From contig DAIOVD010000006.1 of the NCBI GenBank assembly GCA_036759185.1, positions 1 to 49,741 on the forward strand: a DNA stretch of 49,741 nt, written 5' to 3'. Position 1 is the first letter of the stretch. Each line of letters begins with the position of its first letter. A model generated the notes under the pieces. The model was given only the letters and a program-made list of their open reading frames with translations. It made no database searches and was not told the DNA's origin. This document shows, piece by piece, positions 7,855 to 17,336 of this stretch. The translations under genes were made by a program, and so were the position numbers. Source of the stretch: Catalimonadaceae bacterium. GTDB taxonomy: Bacteria > Bacteroidota > Bacteroidia > Cytophagales > Flexibacteraceae.

Positions 7855-7872
7855 GGTTTCAGTTGGATGCGC

Positions 7873-10800
7873 TTACCGCACGATCAGCTTCCGGATATGG
7901 CGCACTTTGTCGTTCTGCACCTCCATGATGTACAAGCCGGCAGGAGTTCCTCTCAGATCCAGATCCTGGGACGCTTTGCCATCAGTGAGATCCAGTTCTT
8001 TTTCCAGAACCTGAACACCCGTGCTGTTGTACATACGGACGGTACTTTTCGCTGCCGTGGCCGACTCAAAATTGAGGTGGAAGAAACCATCGCCCGGATT
8101 CGGGTAGATTTCCAGAACATCCGACTTAGTGAGGGTTTGCTCAACATCTGTACAGATTACAAACGTTACCTTGATGGTATCGCGGAACGTACATCCATTG
8201 TTGCTGAGAACCTGTACCCAGTATTGTCCGGAAGCGCCAACGGTTACAGTTGGCGTGCCTGAATTATCAAACCATGAATAATCAGCAAAACCTGTACCGG
8301 CATTCAATACCACAGATGTTCCGATACAGGCTAGTGAATCTGGACCCAGATCAAGGGTGTTGATTTCTTTTGTTACCTGCACCAGATCAGAAGCCGTACA
8401 GCTACCTGACGTGACGGTCCAGGCAAATGTATTGACACCGGATCCCAGGTTGGTCACTTCTGAAACTGGATTGCCTGGCTGTGCAATGGTTCCGCTACCG
8501 GAAACCAGAGACCATACTCCAAATCCTGTAACAGGTGCTGTTGCGTTGAGGAAAGTGCTGCTTCCACAAATGGTTTTGTCAGCACCGGCAAGTGCGGTCA
8601 CATTTCCTGGCGTAGCATTGATGATGATTTCGTCAAAGGTTGGTGCACAAGGAGCGTTGCTGATGGTCCATCGGAAGATATTGGCTCCATTACCTAAACC
8701 GATTACCGTTGTACTGGCGCTGGTCAGGTTTGCAATTGTTCCGCTTCCGGAAACAAGTGACCAGCTACCGGTGCCTTGTGTTGGAGTATTGCCGGTTAAT
8801 GTTGCCGACGATCCGCAAATGGTCTGGTCGTTTCCGGCATTGGCCGCAACCGGATTGTTTACCACTGTAATCTGAACCTGGTCCACACTTGGCTGGCATA
8901 CGCCACTGGTGACGGTCCAGCTGAACACGTTCACACCGGCACCCAAACCTGTAACAGATGTCAGGCTGCCATTCGGGTTGGTAATATTTCCACTTCCCGA
9001 AACCAAAGCCCACACACCAGTGCCTGTTCCGGGATTGTTACCGATCAACTGGCTGACAGAACCACAAACGGTCTGGTCTGTTCCGGCATTGGCCGTAACG
9101 GCGGAAAGGGTTGTTGAAATGACCACCTCGTCGGCTGAAGCCGCACACGGAATATTGGTGATGGTCCAGCGGAAAACGTTGGCACCGTTTCCTAGTCCGG
9201 TCACTGTTGTATTCGGATCTGATGGATTGGTGATGGTTCCGGTTCCGGACACCAATGTCCACAATCCCGTTCCAGCCTGCGGAACATTTCCACTAAGTGT
9301 AGCAGTGGAAGTACAAAGGTTTTGATCAATTCCTGCAATTGACAGCGATACGGAATTGATTCGTTCAACGTTCACATCATCGGAACTTGTAGGACAGGTT
9401 CCATTGATGATGGTCCAGCGGAAAACATTCATACCTGCCCCAAGTGCCGTGACCTGAGTGGTAGGAGAGTTGGCATTGGTGAACGTTCCGGAACCTGATA
9501 CTACAGTCCATGTACCGGTTCCTGTTCCGGCGTTGTTACCGGAAAGTTGCGTCGATTCACTGCACAACACCTGATCCTGTCCGGCAACTGCTGCAACGGC
9601 ATTGGTGGTAGAGTTGATGATGACTTCGTCTGTGCTGGCAGCACAAGGTGAGTTGGAAATGGTCCAACGGAAGGTGTTGGCGCCAGTGCCGAGTCCGGTA
9701 ACCTGAGTTTGAGGATTGAACACATCCTGAATCTGTCCGCTTCCTGAGACCAGAGTCCAGAGGCCATTTCCGATGGAAGGAGTTGTAGCGGCAAGTGTGG
9801 CAGAATTGGTACAGATGTTTTGATCTGTTCCGGCAAATGCAACGGAAGGAGCTGGAACACGGGTCACCACTACATCGTCAAATGAAGGAGGACAATTTCC
9901 ATTGGTGATGGTCCAGCGGAAAACGTTAAGTCCGGTTCCGAGTCCGGTTACGGTTGATGTCGGGCTGGTTGGTGATGTGATGGTTCCTGTTCCCGAAACC
10001 AGTGACCACTGTCCGATTCCGAACGTTGCGGTGTTCCCAGCCAGTGTTGCCTGTGTATTACAAAGAGTCTGATTCTCTCCCGCTTGTGCGATGGTGGCAT
10101 TTCCAAGATTGGTGATGATGACATCGTCTGTTGTCTGACTGCATGGAGGATTGGTCACAGTCCATCGGAAAACGTTTTGTCCGTTCCCAAGGTTTGTCAC
10201 CAGTGAATTCGGACTGGAAGAATTTTCGATTGAGCCGGAACCTGAAATCAGTGTCCAGATTCCCGTTCCGGATGACAACGGAGAAGCCTGAAGATTGCCT
10301 TGTCCACCACAAACAGACTGATCCTGACCTGCACTGGCAGTTTGAGGAAGAACCCGTGTTATCCGGACTGTATCTTTGGATTGTGGACATGAACCGTTGG
10401 TAATCGTCCACACAAAAGTGTTCACCCCGTTTCCGAGGCCTGAGACACTGGCGTTCGGGGAGGTTGGATTGACAAGTGTTCCGGAACCGGAAACAAGTGA
10501 CCAGATTCCGGAAGAAGGGGTAGGAGTATTTCCTGCAAGGACAACCTGCTCGCTGCAAAGAGTTTGATCTGCCCCAGCCTGAGCTGTTACAGACGGCGTC
10601 ACCACAATGTTTAGGTCATCGGTGGTAGCTGGACAGGTTCCGTTGCTGCTTGTCCAACGGAAAACGTTGTTTCCGCTTCCCAAACCAGTTACCTGAGAAT
10701 TGGGTTGAGCAGGATTCGCAATGACTCCGGTTCCTGAGACAAGTGTCCAGAGACCGGTTCCGACTGTAATGGTATTTCCAGTCAGAGTCGCACTGGTTCC

Positions 10801-13800
10801 ACAGATATTCTGGTCTGCTCCTACAAATGCTGGGGTTGGTGAGGCATATCGGGTGATGGTCACGGTGTCTTTGCTGGTGGCACAGCCGGGAACCGAAATA
10901 GTCCACACGAAGCGGTTGATTCCTTCTGAAAGTCCCGAAACTCCTGAGTTCGCTGAATTCGGGCTGCTCACTATTCCATTTCCCGCGATTGAAGTCCAGG
11001 TTCCGGTTGCAGTACCAGTGGCTGCGTTTCCAGCCAGAGTTGCGGAAGTCGCACAAATGAACTGATCTGCTCCGGCAACGGCCACCTGGCCAGGTCCTGA
11101 GTAGGTAATCGTAACTTCAGAAAGGGAGTTTCCACAGGAGTTGGAAATGGTCCAACGGAAAACGTTTGTACCCTGACCAAGATTCGAAACAGCTGAATTA
11201 GGTGAGTTAGGATTGGTAATGATTCCACTGCCGCTGAGCAAAGTCCATGTTCCGGTTCCGGAAACAGGTGTGTTCCCTTCAAGAAAAACAGTCGGAGAAC
11301 AGGTAGTGTAACTTGGTCCTGCGTTGGCAGTGGTAGGTGGAGATGCAATCTGAACACTGTATTCTTCGATTTCTCCGGATTCGTAAGGACCGGTAAAACA
11401 GGCGGAAGAACTTGGTATAGAAGTTCCTGGATTGAAAGCAAAAATTCGCATTGGAACTGTTGTGCCTGGAGTGCCGATGTTATTGGCGAAGAAGAAATTG
11501 CCCGTAAACAAGGTTGAATTTGTTAGTGTAGGGGACTGGAGAACCTCGTTGGCATCGTCATAGTCTCCGTCATTATTAAAGTCAATCCAGATTGCCACAT
11601 ACATGCCCGCCGAAGACAAACTTACTGAAAGTGATTTGGTTGTTCCCAAACAAACAGAACCGGTCACATTTTTAAAATTCTGGTACGCTCCTTTGAATTG
11701 GTCGGTCAGGCTGTTGTTGTTGATACCTGCAAAATTTACATTGGTGATGTAGCGGTTTGCCGCAAAAGAGTTTTTCTGGTTGATGGGAGTGGCGCAACTA
11801 ATGTTAACATTCACAGGTGTTGAGTATGCCGGGGCACACGTGCCATTGGTTACCTGTGCACGTAAAGAGAGGATATCTGGCGTTTCACTGGTCACATAAA
11901 ATGTATCCGGATTGCTGCCTGTAATTGACGTAAAAACGCCACTGCCTCCAAAGGCATATTGCCAGACAACAGTGCCAGTATGACCAGACTGCCCGGTTAA
12001 AATTGATCCGTTTGAAACAATATTCAATGGATTTACATTGGTTGTGCCAGCCACGCTGAAGCAGGAAACCTGCTGAATACAAACGTTGTAATCTCCATAA
12101 ACCGGGGAGCTGCCGTAAATTCGAATGTAGTAAGTAGTGCCTATGTTCAGGTTTGTCATGTAAAGTGATTCTCCCAGACCAGCTGAACTGTCGTCCACAC
12201 ATCCTTTGGAAACCAGTGCGGCACATGTTCCGGAAAATCCTTCCACTACTGGATCGGATGCTCCTGAATTGTCCACAAATACACGTGCGTTGGCAGAAGT
12301 GGCTACAAATTTGATCCAGATATCATTGGCAACCGGCGCAGTCGAATTGCTGCAGGATGCTGGTGGAAGGCTTTGAGTTGCACCATAGTTACTGGTCAGA
12401 ATTTTTGTACAGGCTCCAACGGCGTTAACCGTCATGCTCATTGCTCCGGTGCAATTGTCATGCGATGGGGCCAGGATTCGGTCAATACAAAGTCCGAATG
12501 CACCTGGATTACTTGCCACAAAGTCATAAATCCGGACGTAAATAGTTTGACCGGCGGTGAGATTTAATAAAGTGTCTTCCTGATCTCCTGCGAATCCTCT
12601 GTCGCGGCAAGCCAGACTTGTGAGGGCTCCACAGCTTCCGGAATAGACTTCCATCACTCCATCAAAACCAGTGAGGCATGTCATTTTAAACTTGTGAAAT
12701 CCGGAAGTTGCGACGGTGAATTTGTACCAGACATCATCATCGGCAACTCCTGAACAGGCAGCCTGAGGGGATGTTGTTGCACCTACTGTAGTTCCGGCAA
12801 CCGGAAAAGTACAGTTGGTTCCTACTGAAATGGTTGTGGCAGTGGAGCATTCATCGTTTGCAATGGCAGTTGAAGACACTCGTTTCACACAAATATTGAA
12901 TGTACCGGTTGTTCCGGCCCACCCATACACACGTACATAATACGTTTGTCCTGCCACCAGTGTACCGGGAGCAACTTTTTCTGTGGCTGCGGCAGATACC
13001 TGATCGGAACAGGCAAGTGAAACAAGTCCACTACAGGTTCCGGAAAAGATTTCAAGAACAGGATCATATGAAAGCAAACGGGAAACGATGACAGAATCCC
13101 CTGGACCTGATGCAACGAATTTATACCAAACATCCTGAGCAGAGCTGGATGTTGCACCCTGGCAGGTTGCCGGTGCTATTGATTGAGTTGCGCCGGCACT
13201 GTTCCCGAGGGTTGCGTTGCAAGTAGTAGATCCGGTAAGAGTGATTGCATTTGCACAAAAATCATTTACCGCACTGGCAGGTGCCATTGACTTCACACAA
13301 ATATTGAAAATTCCTTCGGAGCCATTGAATCCATATACCCTGACAATGTAGGTAACACCTGGGATTAACGTACCTGGTGCTACTTTTTCAGTTGCGTCAT
13401 AAAAGTTGGGATTGTCTGAGCAGGTTAGTTCAGTAAGTCCTGAACAACTTCCACTGAAAATTTCCAGAACCGGATCAAATGTGTCAAACGGATCTACGAT
13501 GACGGAATCTCCAGCTGAAGTGGCAACAAATGTGTACCATAAATCATTGGCAAATGTGGAAGTGGAGCCTCCACAGGGTTGTGATGCAAGATCTTCAGAT
13601 GCACCCGTTGTATTGCCAGAAATACTGTTGCATGAACTGGAAGGAATTAAGTTGGTGGGAGATGTACAATCGTCATTAGCAGGTGCAGGTACAAAATCTG
13701 ATTTGAGGCAGGCATTAAAACTGCCGTCAATTCCATTCCAGCCATAGACCCGGAAATAATAGGTTTGTCCGGCTACAAGGGTTCCTGGAGCAAGTACTTC

Positions 13801-14709
13801 TGTCGCTTCTCCGCTTTGAGGGTCATCGGAACAGGCAAGGCTGATGAGACCAGTTGTACAGGATCCAGCAAAAAGTTCAATGACGGGATCAAAGCCTCCA
13901 AGGCCAGCCACGGAGATTGAATCGGTTGGTCCATTGGCCACAAAAGAATACCAGATATCTTTTGCAGTAGAGGAAGTAGCTCCACCGCAGGTTGCCGGAG
14001 CGTTTGATTGGGTTGCTCCAACTGTATTGCCAAGGAAAGGCGAACAGAAAGAACCCATAGGTTTGAAAGTGGCAGTTGCACAGCTATTGTTTGCAGGTGC
14101 TGAAAAAATGGTGGTGAAATCCAACCCCATATCCAACCAGGTTGTTGTGGCTGTGCCAGTTGTTGCAGCAGCATTCGTCGATGTCAGAGCTTTATTTGAA
14201 GGTGCCGCCGGCCCAAAGCTTGCCAGAACTGAAAATAAATTGGTGCTGGCACCAGAGTTCACCAACTCAACAATGAGGGTAGTGCCGGTTGGCAACGTAA
14301 ATTGCTGAACAATATCGATCACAAAATACGCATTGCCAGTACCATTTATCACCTGAGAAGAATTAAACAAAACAGGTGTTAGGTTCTGATAAAAGGTAGT
14401 TCCTGAACCCCCAAACGTAGAGGTTTGTGTGTACCCAAGTTTCACCTGAAAATTCGTCAGGGTTACAGTCGAAGGAGTGTTGAGAGACTTTAAGAAATAG
14501 AGCTTGTCGACCACTCCGGTTGGAGGGTTGCCGAGGTCGGCAGCTGTATATAAAAACTGAACTTTTTTATCCAATCCATTAAAACCGGTGGATGCCCAGA
14601 TTCCCCCCAATTCCTTTTTATACTGCTGGGCAGCAACTGGATTGGATATCACATAGGACAGTAAAACAAGAAATGAAAACAGGAGTCGTCTGGTAGTTGA
14701 TTGATTCAT
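7873..14709 (-). CDS. Giant modular T9SS-sorted cell-surface protein (putative adhesin), 2278 aa
   Basis: Start taken at the ATG at 14709, which gives the signal peptide MNQSTTRRLLFSFLVLLSYVISNPVAAQ. Architecture: N-terminal domain, 5 Cys-rich PPC-like modules, a GEVED-like domain (IWIDFNNDGDYDD...YESGEIEEYSV), 12 tandem 83-aa repeats and a T9SS C-terminal domain (LEIYPNPGDGFFHLNFE...GLYIMEVQNDKVRHIRKLIVR). Confidence 0.9.
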   Translation of the reverse strand: MNQSTTRRLLFSFLVLLSYVISNPVAAQQYKKELGGIWASTGFNGLDKKVQFLYTAADLGNPPTGVVDKLYFLKSLNTPSTVTLTNFQVKLGYTQTSTFGGSGTTFYQNLTPVLFNSSQVINGTGNAYFVIDIVQQFTLPTGTTLIVELVNSGASTNLFSVLASFGPAAPSNKALTSTNAAATTGTATTTWLDMGLDFTTIFSAPANNSCATATFKPMGSFCSPFLGNTVGATQSNAPATCGGATSSTAKDIWYSFVANGPTDSISVAGLGGFDPVIELFAGSCTTGLISLACSDDPQSGEATEVLAPGTLVAGQTYYFRVYGWNGIDGSFNACLKSDFVPAPANDDCTSPTNLIPSSSCNSISGNTTGASEDLASQPCGGSTSTFANDLWYTFVATSAGDSVIVDPFDTFDPVLEIFSGSCSGLTELTCSDNPNFYDATEKVAPGTLIPGVTYIVRVYGFNGSEGIFNICVKSMAPASAVNDFCANAITLTGSTTCNATLGNSAGATQSIAPATCQGATSSSAQDVWYKFVASGPGDSVIVSRLLSYDPVLEIFSGTCSGLVSLACSDQVSAAATEKVAPGTLVAGQTYYVRVYGWAGTTGTFNICVKRVSSTAIANDECSTATTISVGTNCTFPVAGTTVGATTSPQAACSGVADDDVWYKFTVATSGFHKFKMTCLTGFDGVMEVYSGSCGALTSLACRDRGFAGDQEDTLLNLTAGQTIYVRIYDFVASNPGAFGLCIDRILAPSHDNCTGAMSMTVNAVGACTKILTSNYGATQSLPPASCSNSTAPVANDIWIKFVATSANARVFVDNSGASDPVVEGFSGTCAALVSKGCVDDSSAGLGESLYMTNLNIGTTYYIRIYGSSPVYGDYNVCIQQVSCFSVAGTTNVNPLNIVSNGSILTGQSGHTGTVVWQYAFGGSGVFTSITGSNPDTFYVTSETPDILSLRAQVTNGTCAPAYSTPVNVNISCATPINQKNSFAANRYITNVNFAGINNNSLTDQFKGAYQNFKNVTGSVCLGTTKSLSVSLSSAGMYVAIWIDFNNDGDYDDANEVLQSPTLTNSTLFTGNFFFANNIGTPGTTVPMRIFAFNPGTSIPSSSACFTGPYESGEIEEYSVQIASPPTTANAGPSYTTCSPTVFLEGNTPVSGTGTWTLLSGSGIITNPNSPNSAVSNLGQGTNVFRWTISNSCGNSLSEVTITYSGPGQVAVAGADQFICATSATLAGNAATGTATGTWTSIAGNGIVSSPNSANSGVSGLSEGINRFVWTISVPGCATSKDTVTITRYASPTPAFVGADQNICGTSATLTGNTITVGTGLWTLVSGTGVIANPAQPNSQVTGLGSGNNVFRWTSSNGTCPATTDDLNIVVTPSVTAQAGADQTLCSEQVVLAGNTPTPSSGIWSLVSGSGTLVNPTSPNASVSGLGNGVNTFVWTITNGSCPQSKDTVRITRVLPQTASAGQDQSVCGGQGNLQASPLSSGTGIWTLISGSGSIENSSSPNSLVTNLGNGQNVFRWTVTNPPCSQTTDDVIITNLGNATIAQAGENQTLCNTQATLAGNTATFGIGQWSLVSGTGTITSPTSPTSTVTGLGTGLNVFRWTITNGNCPPSFDDVVVTRVPAPSVAFAGTDQNICTNSATLAATTPSIGNGLWTLVSGSGQIQDVFNPQTQVTGLGTGANTFRWTISNSPCAASTDEVIINSTTNAVAAVAGQDQVLCSESTQLSGNNAGTGTGTWTVVSGSGTFTNANSPTTQVTALGAGMNVFRWTIINGTCPTSSDDVNVERINSVSLSIAGIDQNLCTSTATLSGNVPQAGTGLWTLVSGTGTITNPSDPNTTVTGLGNGANVFRWTITNIPCAASADEVVISTTLSAVTANAGTDQTVCGSVSQLIGNNPGTGTGVWALVSGSGNITNPNGSLTSVTGLGAGVNVFSWTVTSGVCQPSVDQVQITVVNNPVAANAGNDQTICGSSATLTGNTPTQGTGSWSLVSGSGTIANLTSASTTVIGLGNGANIFRWTISNAPCAPTFDEIIINATPGNVTALAGADKTICGSSTFLNATAPVTGFGVWSLVSGSGTIAQPGNPVSEVTNLGSGVNTFAWTVTSGSCTASDLVQVTKEINTLDLGPDSLACIGTSVVLNAGTGFADYSWFDNSGTPTVTVGASGQYWVQVLSNNGCTFRDTIKVTFVICTDVEQTLTKSDVLEIYPNPGDGFFHLNFESATAAKSTVRMYNSTGVQVLEKELDLTDGKASQDLDLRGTPAGLYIMEVQNDKVRHIRKLIVR
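8359..11334 (-). repeat. Twelve tandem ~83-aa (~249-bp) Ig-like repeats inside the adhesin gene, plus a degenerate 13th
   Basis: The AG.DQ..C anchor recurs at ORF aa 1151, 1233, 1317, 1399, 1481, 1564, 1647, 1730, 1813, 1896, 1979 and 2062. Consensus: AG.DQ..C...A.L.GN.P..GTG.W.LVSGSG.I..P..P...VT.LG.G.N.FRWT..NG.C....D.V.I. Confidence 0.85.
12067..14097 (-). repeat. Five tandem ~136-aa Cys-rich modules inside the adhesin gene (PPC / pre-peptidase C-terminal-like)
   Basis: Recurring pattern: C..A......C....GNT.GAT......C.G.....A.D.WY.F.A....D...V......DPV.E.FSG.C..L..LACSD........E.....L.AGQTYY.RVYG..G..G.FN.C. Spans aa 225-901 of the ORF as listed. Confidence 0.75.
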
Positions 14710-15019
14710 AGGACGAAGAATTAAAACCGTTGAACCGCCAAAAGTGCACGATTGGCGCCGATTAATCAAAAAATAGAGAAAATTGTTTCAATTCTTTGGA
14801 AAAAGTACATGCCAAAGGGTGCCATATCCTGATGAATGGAATTGGAAAGTTGTTGAAATTCTTCCAAACAGGGACCCGCTGAAACCCTTCTGTATTTGCC
14901 GGAAACCATCATTTTCATTCATAACCAATCAGTTGGAATAAATTTTTCTTCATCCACATTATGGATTCTCGATGAAAATTTATAGAATTGGCCCCTGTTA
15001 TTTTCCAATCTGACCAAAC

Positions 15020-16357
15020 ATGATAAAATTTACTCGCTGCCTGATTCTGGCAGGAATTGTCCTTTTTTCTTCCTGTAAGAAATCTGAAACGCTGGTTGAA
15101 CCAACCGAACAGACAAATAACAATCTCTTTGGAGCTGTCTATTCTTCATGGCCTGAAGGATTTGAAGCCGGAACCAAAACCTCGTATGCTTCTGCCAATG
15201 TGGTACTGACAACCGGAACATGGAATCTGGCCGATGCTTTAATCGGAACTTCCACCAGCGACAGGAAAACTGGATCCAAATCAGCCAGAATCCAGAATAC
15301 AGGTATGCTGACGATGAATTTCAATCTCACCAATGGTGCTGCTTCCGCTTCAATAAGCCATGCAAAATATGGAACGGATGCTTCTTCCACCTGGGGTCTG
15401 TGGTATTCAACCGATAACGGCACCTCCTGGACACAAACGGGAAGCAATGTCACAACTTCTTCTACCTCTCTCACAACGGCAAATTTTACATTGTCCATCA
15501 CAGGAAATGTTCGTTTCCAATTGCGGAAACTGAGTGGAGGTCGTCTCAACATCGATGGAATTTCGATCAGTGATAATGTGGCCAATTCACCAACCCGCGA
15601 TGATAATATGGCGCTTGGAAATCCAAGCAATGCTGTTGCCAATGTTGGGTCTCCGGATAACTACCTGATGGTGAAGACACAGTTTGCATTAGCGTATCAG
15701 AATAGCAGGGGATCATCTAAATGGGTATCCTGGCATCTTAGTTCTGCCTGGAAAGGAACAGCTACCCGTTGCGATTGCTTTACTCAGGACGGAACCCTTC
15801 CGATTGGTTTCTTCAGAGCCAGTACTTCACATTACACCAATACCGGTTTCGACAGAGGCCACATGTGCCCAAGCGATGACCGCGATGGCAGCAGTACCGA
15901 CAATGCTGTGACTTTCCAGATGACCAATATTATTCCGCAGGCACCCAACAACAATCAGATCACATGGGGCAATTTTGAAGATTATTGCCGATCTTTGTTG
16001 AATTCAGGCAATGAATTATACATAGTATCCGGATCCTATGGAAACGGAGGAACCGGATCAAAAGGAGGAACCACCACCACCATCAACAATGGAAGTATTG
16101 CCGTTCCTTCAAATGTCTGGAAAGTGGCCGTCATTCTACCGGTTGGAGGCAACGATCTGAGCCGGATTTCCACCAGCACAAGGGTGATTGCCATCAACAC
16201 TCCGAATGTTCAGACTGTAAACAGTCAACCTTGGGGGTATTATCGCACCTCGGTTGATGCGATTGAAACAGCAACCGGTCTGGATCTGCTTTCCAATATT
16301 GCCGATGCAGTTGAAAATTCCCTGGAGGCAACTGTTGACAACGGTCCGACCAACTAA
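15020..16357 (+). CDS. Secreted/lipoprotein DNA/RNA non-specific endonuclease (Serratia NucA/EndoG-type, DRGH family) with an N-terminal extra domain
   Basis: Lipoprotein-like signal (ILAGIVLFSSCKK). The catalytic motif FDRGHMCPSDDR and NIIPQAPNNNQ fit the Endonuclease_NS family. Confidence 0.8.
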   Translation: MIKFTRCLILAGIVLFSSCKKSETLVEPTEQTNNNLFGAVYSSWPEGFEAGTKTSYASANVVLTTGTWNLADALIGTSTSDRKTGSKSARIQNTGMLTMNFNLTNGAASASISHAKYGTDASSTWGLWYSTDNGTSWTQTGSNVTTSSTSLTTANFTLSITGNVRFQLRKLSGGRLNIDGISISDNVANSPTRDDNMALGNPSNAVANVGSPDNYLMVKTQFALAYQNSRGSSKWVSWHLSSAWKGTATRCDCFTQDGTLPIGFFRASTSHYTNTGFDRGHMCPSDDRDGSSTDNAVTFQMTNIIPQAPNNNQITWGNFEDYCRSLLNSGNELYIVSGSYGNGGTGSKGGTTTTINNGSIAVPSNVWKVAVILPVGGNDLSRISTSTRVIAINTPNVQTVNSQPWGYYRTSVDAIETATGLDLLSNIADAVENSLEATVDNGPTN

Positions 16358-16384
16358 GATTTTTGTTTTTTTTTGATTTCAAAA

Positions 16385-16411
16385 GGCCCCGCAATCTGCG
16401 GGGTTTTTTGT
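16385..16411 (+). terminator. Intrinsic terminator after the nuclease gene
   Basis: GGCCCCGCAATCTGCGGGGTTTTTTG: a GC-rich stem followed by a T-run. Confidence 0.8.
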
Positions 16412-16453
16412 TTCCGGAACTTTTCAGTAATCCGGTTTCATCGCCTTACTGAC

Positions 16454-16723
16454 CTACGAAATCAGCCGGGCGACGGGATCGAATTTATCAAAAACCCATT
16501 CCGCGTGCGGGGCTTGTTTCAGTTCCTCGGTGAGATCCTGACCCGCCCAGTGTTCATAATGCTTACCGTTTTTCCAGAGTTTGGATTTGCTCACATCGTA
16601 CACCAGACCTTGATAAGCCACCCAAATGGTGTCTTTGTCGTTTCCGTTGTGCAAGGCCAGACCTCCACGGCTGATCAATGGCAATTCGCTGTTCACTTTT
16701 TCAACTTCCATATCGTCCCGCAA
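16454..16723 (-). CDS. Small cytochrome b5-like heme/steroid-binding domain protein
   Basis: The pattern ...VAYQGLVYDVSKSKLWKNGKHYEHWAGQDLTEELKQAPH... matches the predicted heme/steroid-binding (b5-like) family. Confidence 0.65.
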   Translation of the reverse strand: MRDDMEVEKVNSELPLISRGGLALHNGNDKDTIWVAYQGLVYDVSKSKLWKNGKHYEHWAGQDLTEELKQAPHAEWVFDKFDPVARLIS

Positions 16724-16796
16724 ATATTGGTGTAGTTTTCGTAGGAGAAGTGTAATTTCGCAGTCCTTTTAACCAACCCCGGAATTCACCGGAAAG

Positions 16797-17336
16797 ATGG
16801 AAGCGATCGTATTTTTTGTTTTTTTCGGACTCTACATTTTCATCCGCGTTTTATTCGGTGGGGGAGAGTCGGCATGGGAAAAACAAACAATTGTGCATAA
16901 AGAAGGGATTCTGCTGTTCAAAAGCCGGCAGTTCAGAAAAGCCCGTGAATGGTTTGAAGCGTCCTTGAAACACAGGCCTTATGATTGCCTCAATCTCGTG
17001 ATGCTGGGAGATATTGCCCTTCATTTTGACGAACCGGAAAGGGCGTTGTTTTATGGACAGAAAGCGCTCCGGATGGACAATACCATGTGGCAGACTCACC
17101 TGCTGATGTCCAAGGCGTTCTATGCCATTCAGGTGAAAGATGAATCGTTAAAGCATGCGAAAAATGCAGTTTGGTTCGGCCGGAAGTCAGCTGATGCACA
17201 ATACTGGTACGGGAAACTGATGGTGGAGAAAGGAGAAATGGAGAATGGTCTGCAGCATATGTCCGAAGCCTATACCCTGGGGGAAGAAGATGCCGGACCG
17301 TATCTCAGGTCCAGAAAATTTATATCGAATTCGTAA
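16797..17336 (+). CDS. Membrane-anchored TPR-repeat protein
   Basis: N-terminal TM segment (AIVFFVFFGLYIFIRVLFGG) followed by TPR-like helical repeats (...ARMWFEASLK..., ...ALFYGQKALRMDN...). Confidence 0.6.
   Translation: MEAIVFFVFFGLYIFIRVLFGGGESAWEKQTIVHKEGILLFKSRQFRKAREWFEASLKHRPYDCLNLVMLGDIALHFDEPERALFYGQKALRMDNTMWQTHLLMSKAFYAIQVKDESLKHAKNAVWFGRKSADAQYWYGKLMVEKGEMENGLQHMSEAYTLGEEDAGPYLRSRKFISNS

Noticed and set aside
6351-7872. Chromosomal replication origin (oriC).
   Set aside because: I found only about three degenerate DnaA-box-like 9-mers (TTATCCATG near 6612, TGTGGATCA near 7468, CTATCCACA near 7761). There is no dense box cluster and no dnaA or dnaN nearby. It is not excluded, but the sequence does not support it. 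A genome-wide GC-skew plot would settle it.
8359-14097. Diversity-generating retroelement or other hypervariation mechanism acting on the adhesin repeats.
   Set aside because: The window contains no reverse transcriptase, no template repeat with adenine-specific mismatches and no near-identical repeat pairs. The repeats are evenly diverged.
7802-14308. Many plus-strand ORFs of 60-170 aa antisense to the adhesin gene (for example 8357..8875, 10721..11065, 13844..14308), and out-of-frame minus-strand ORFs within the gene.
   Set aside because: They lie entirely within a long, well-supported 2278-aa gene whose Gly/Thr/Ser/Asn-rich repeats are stop-poor in other frames. Their translations are low-complexity and carry no motifs.
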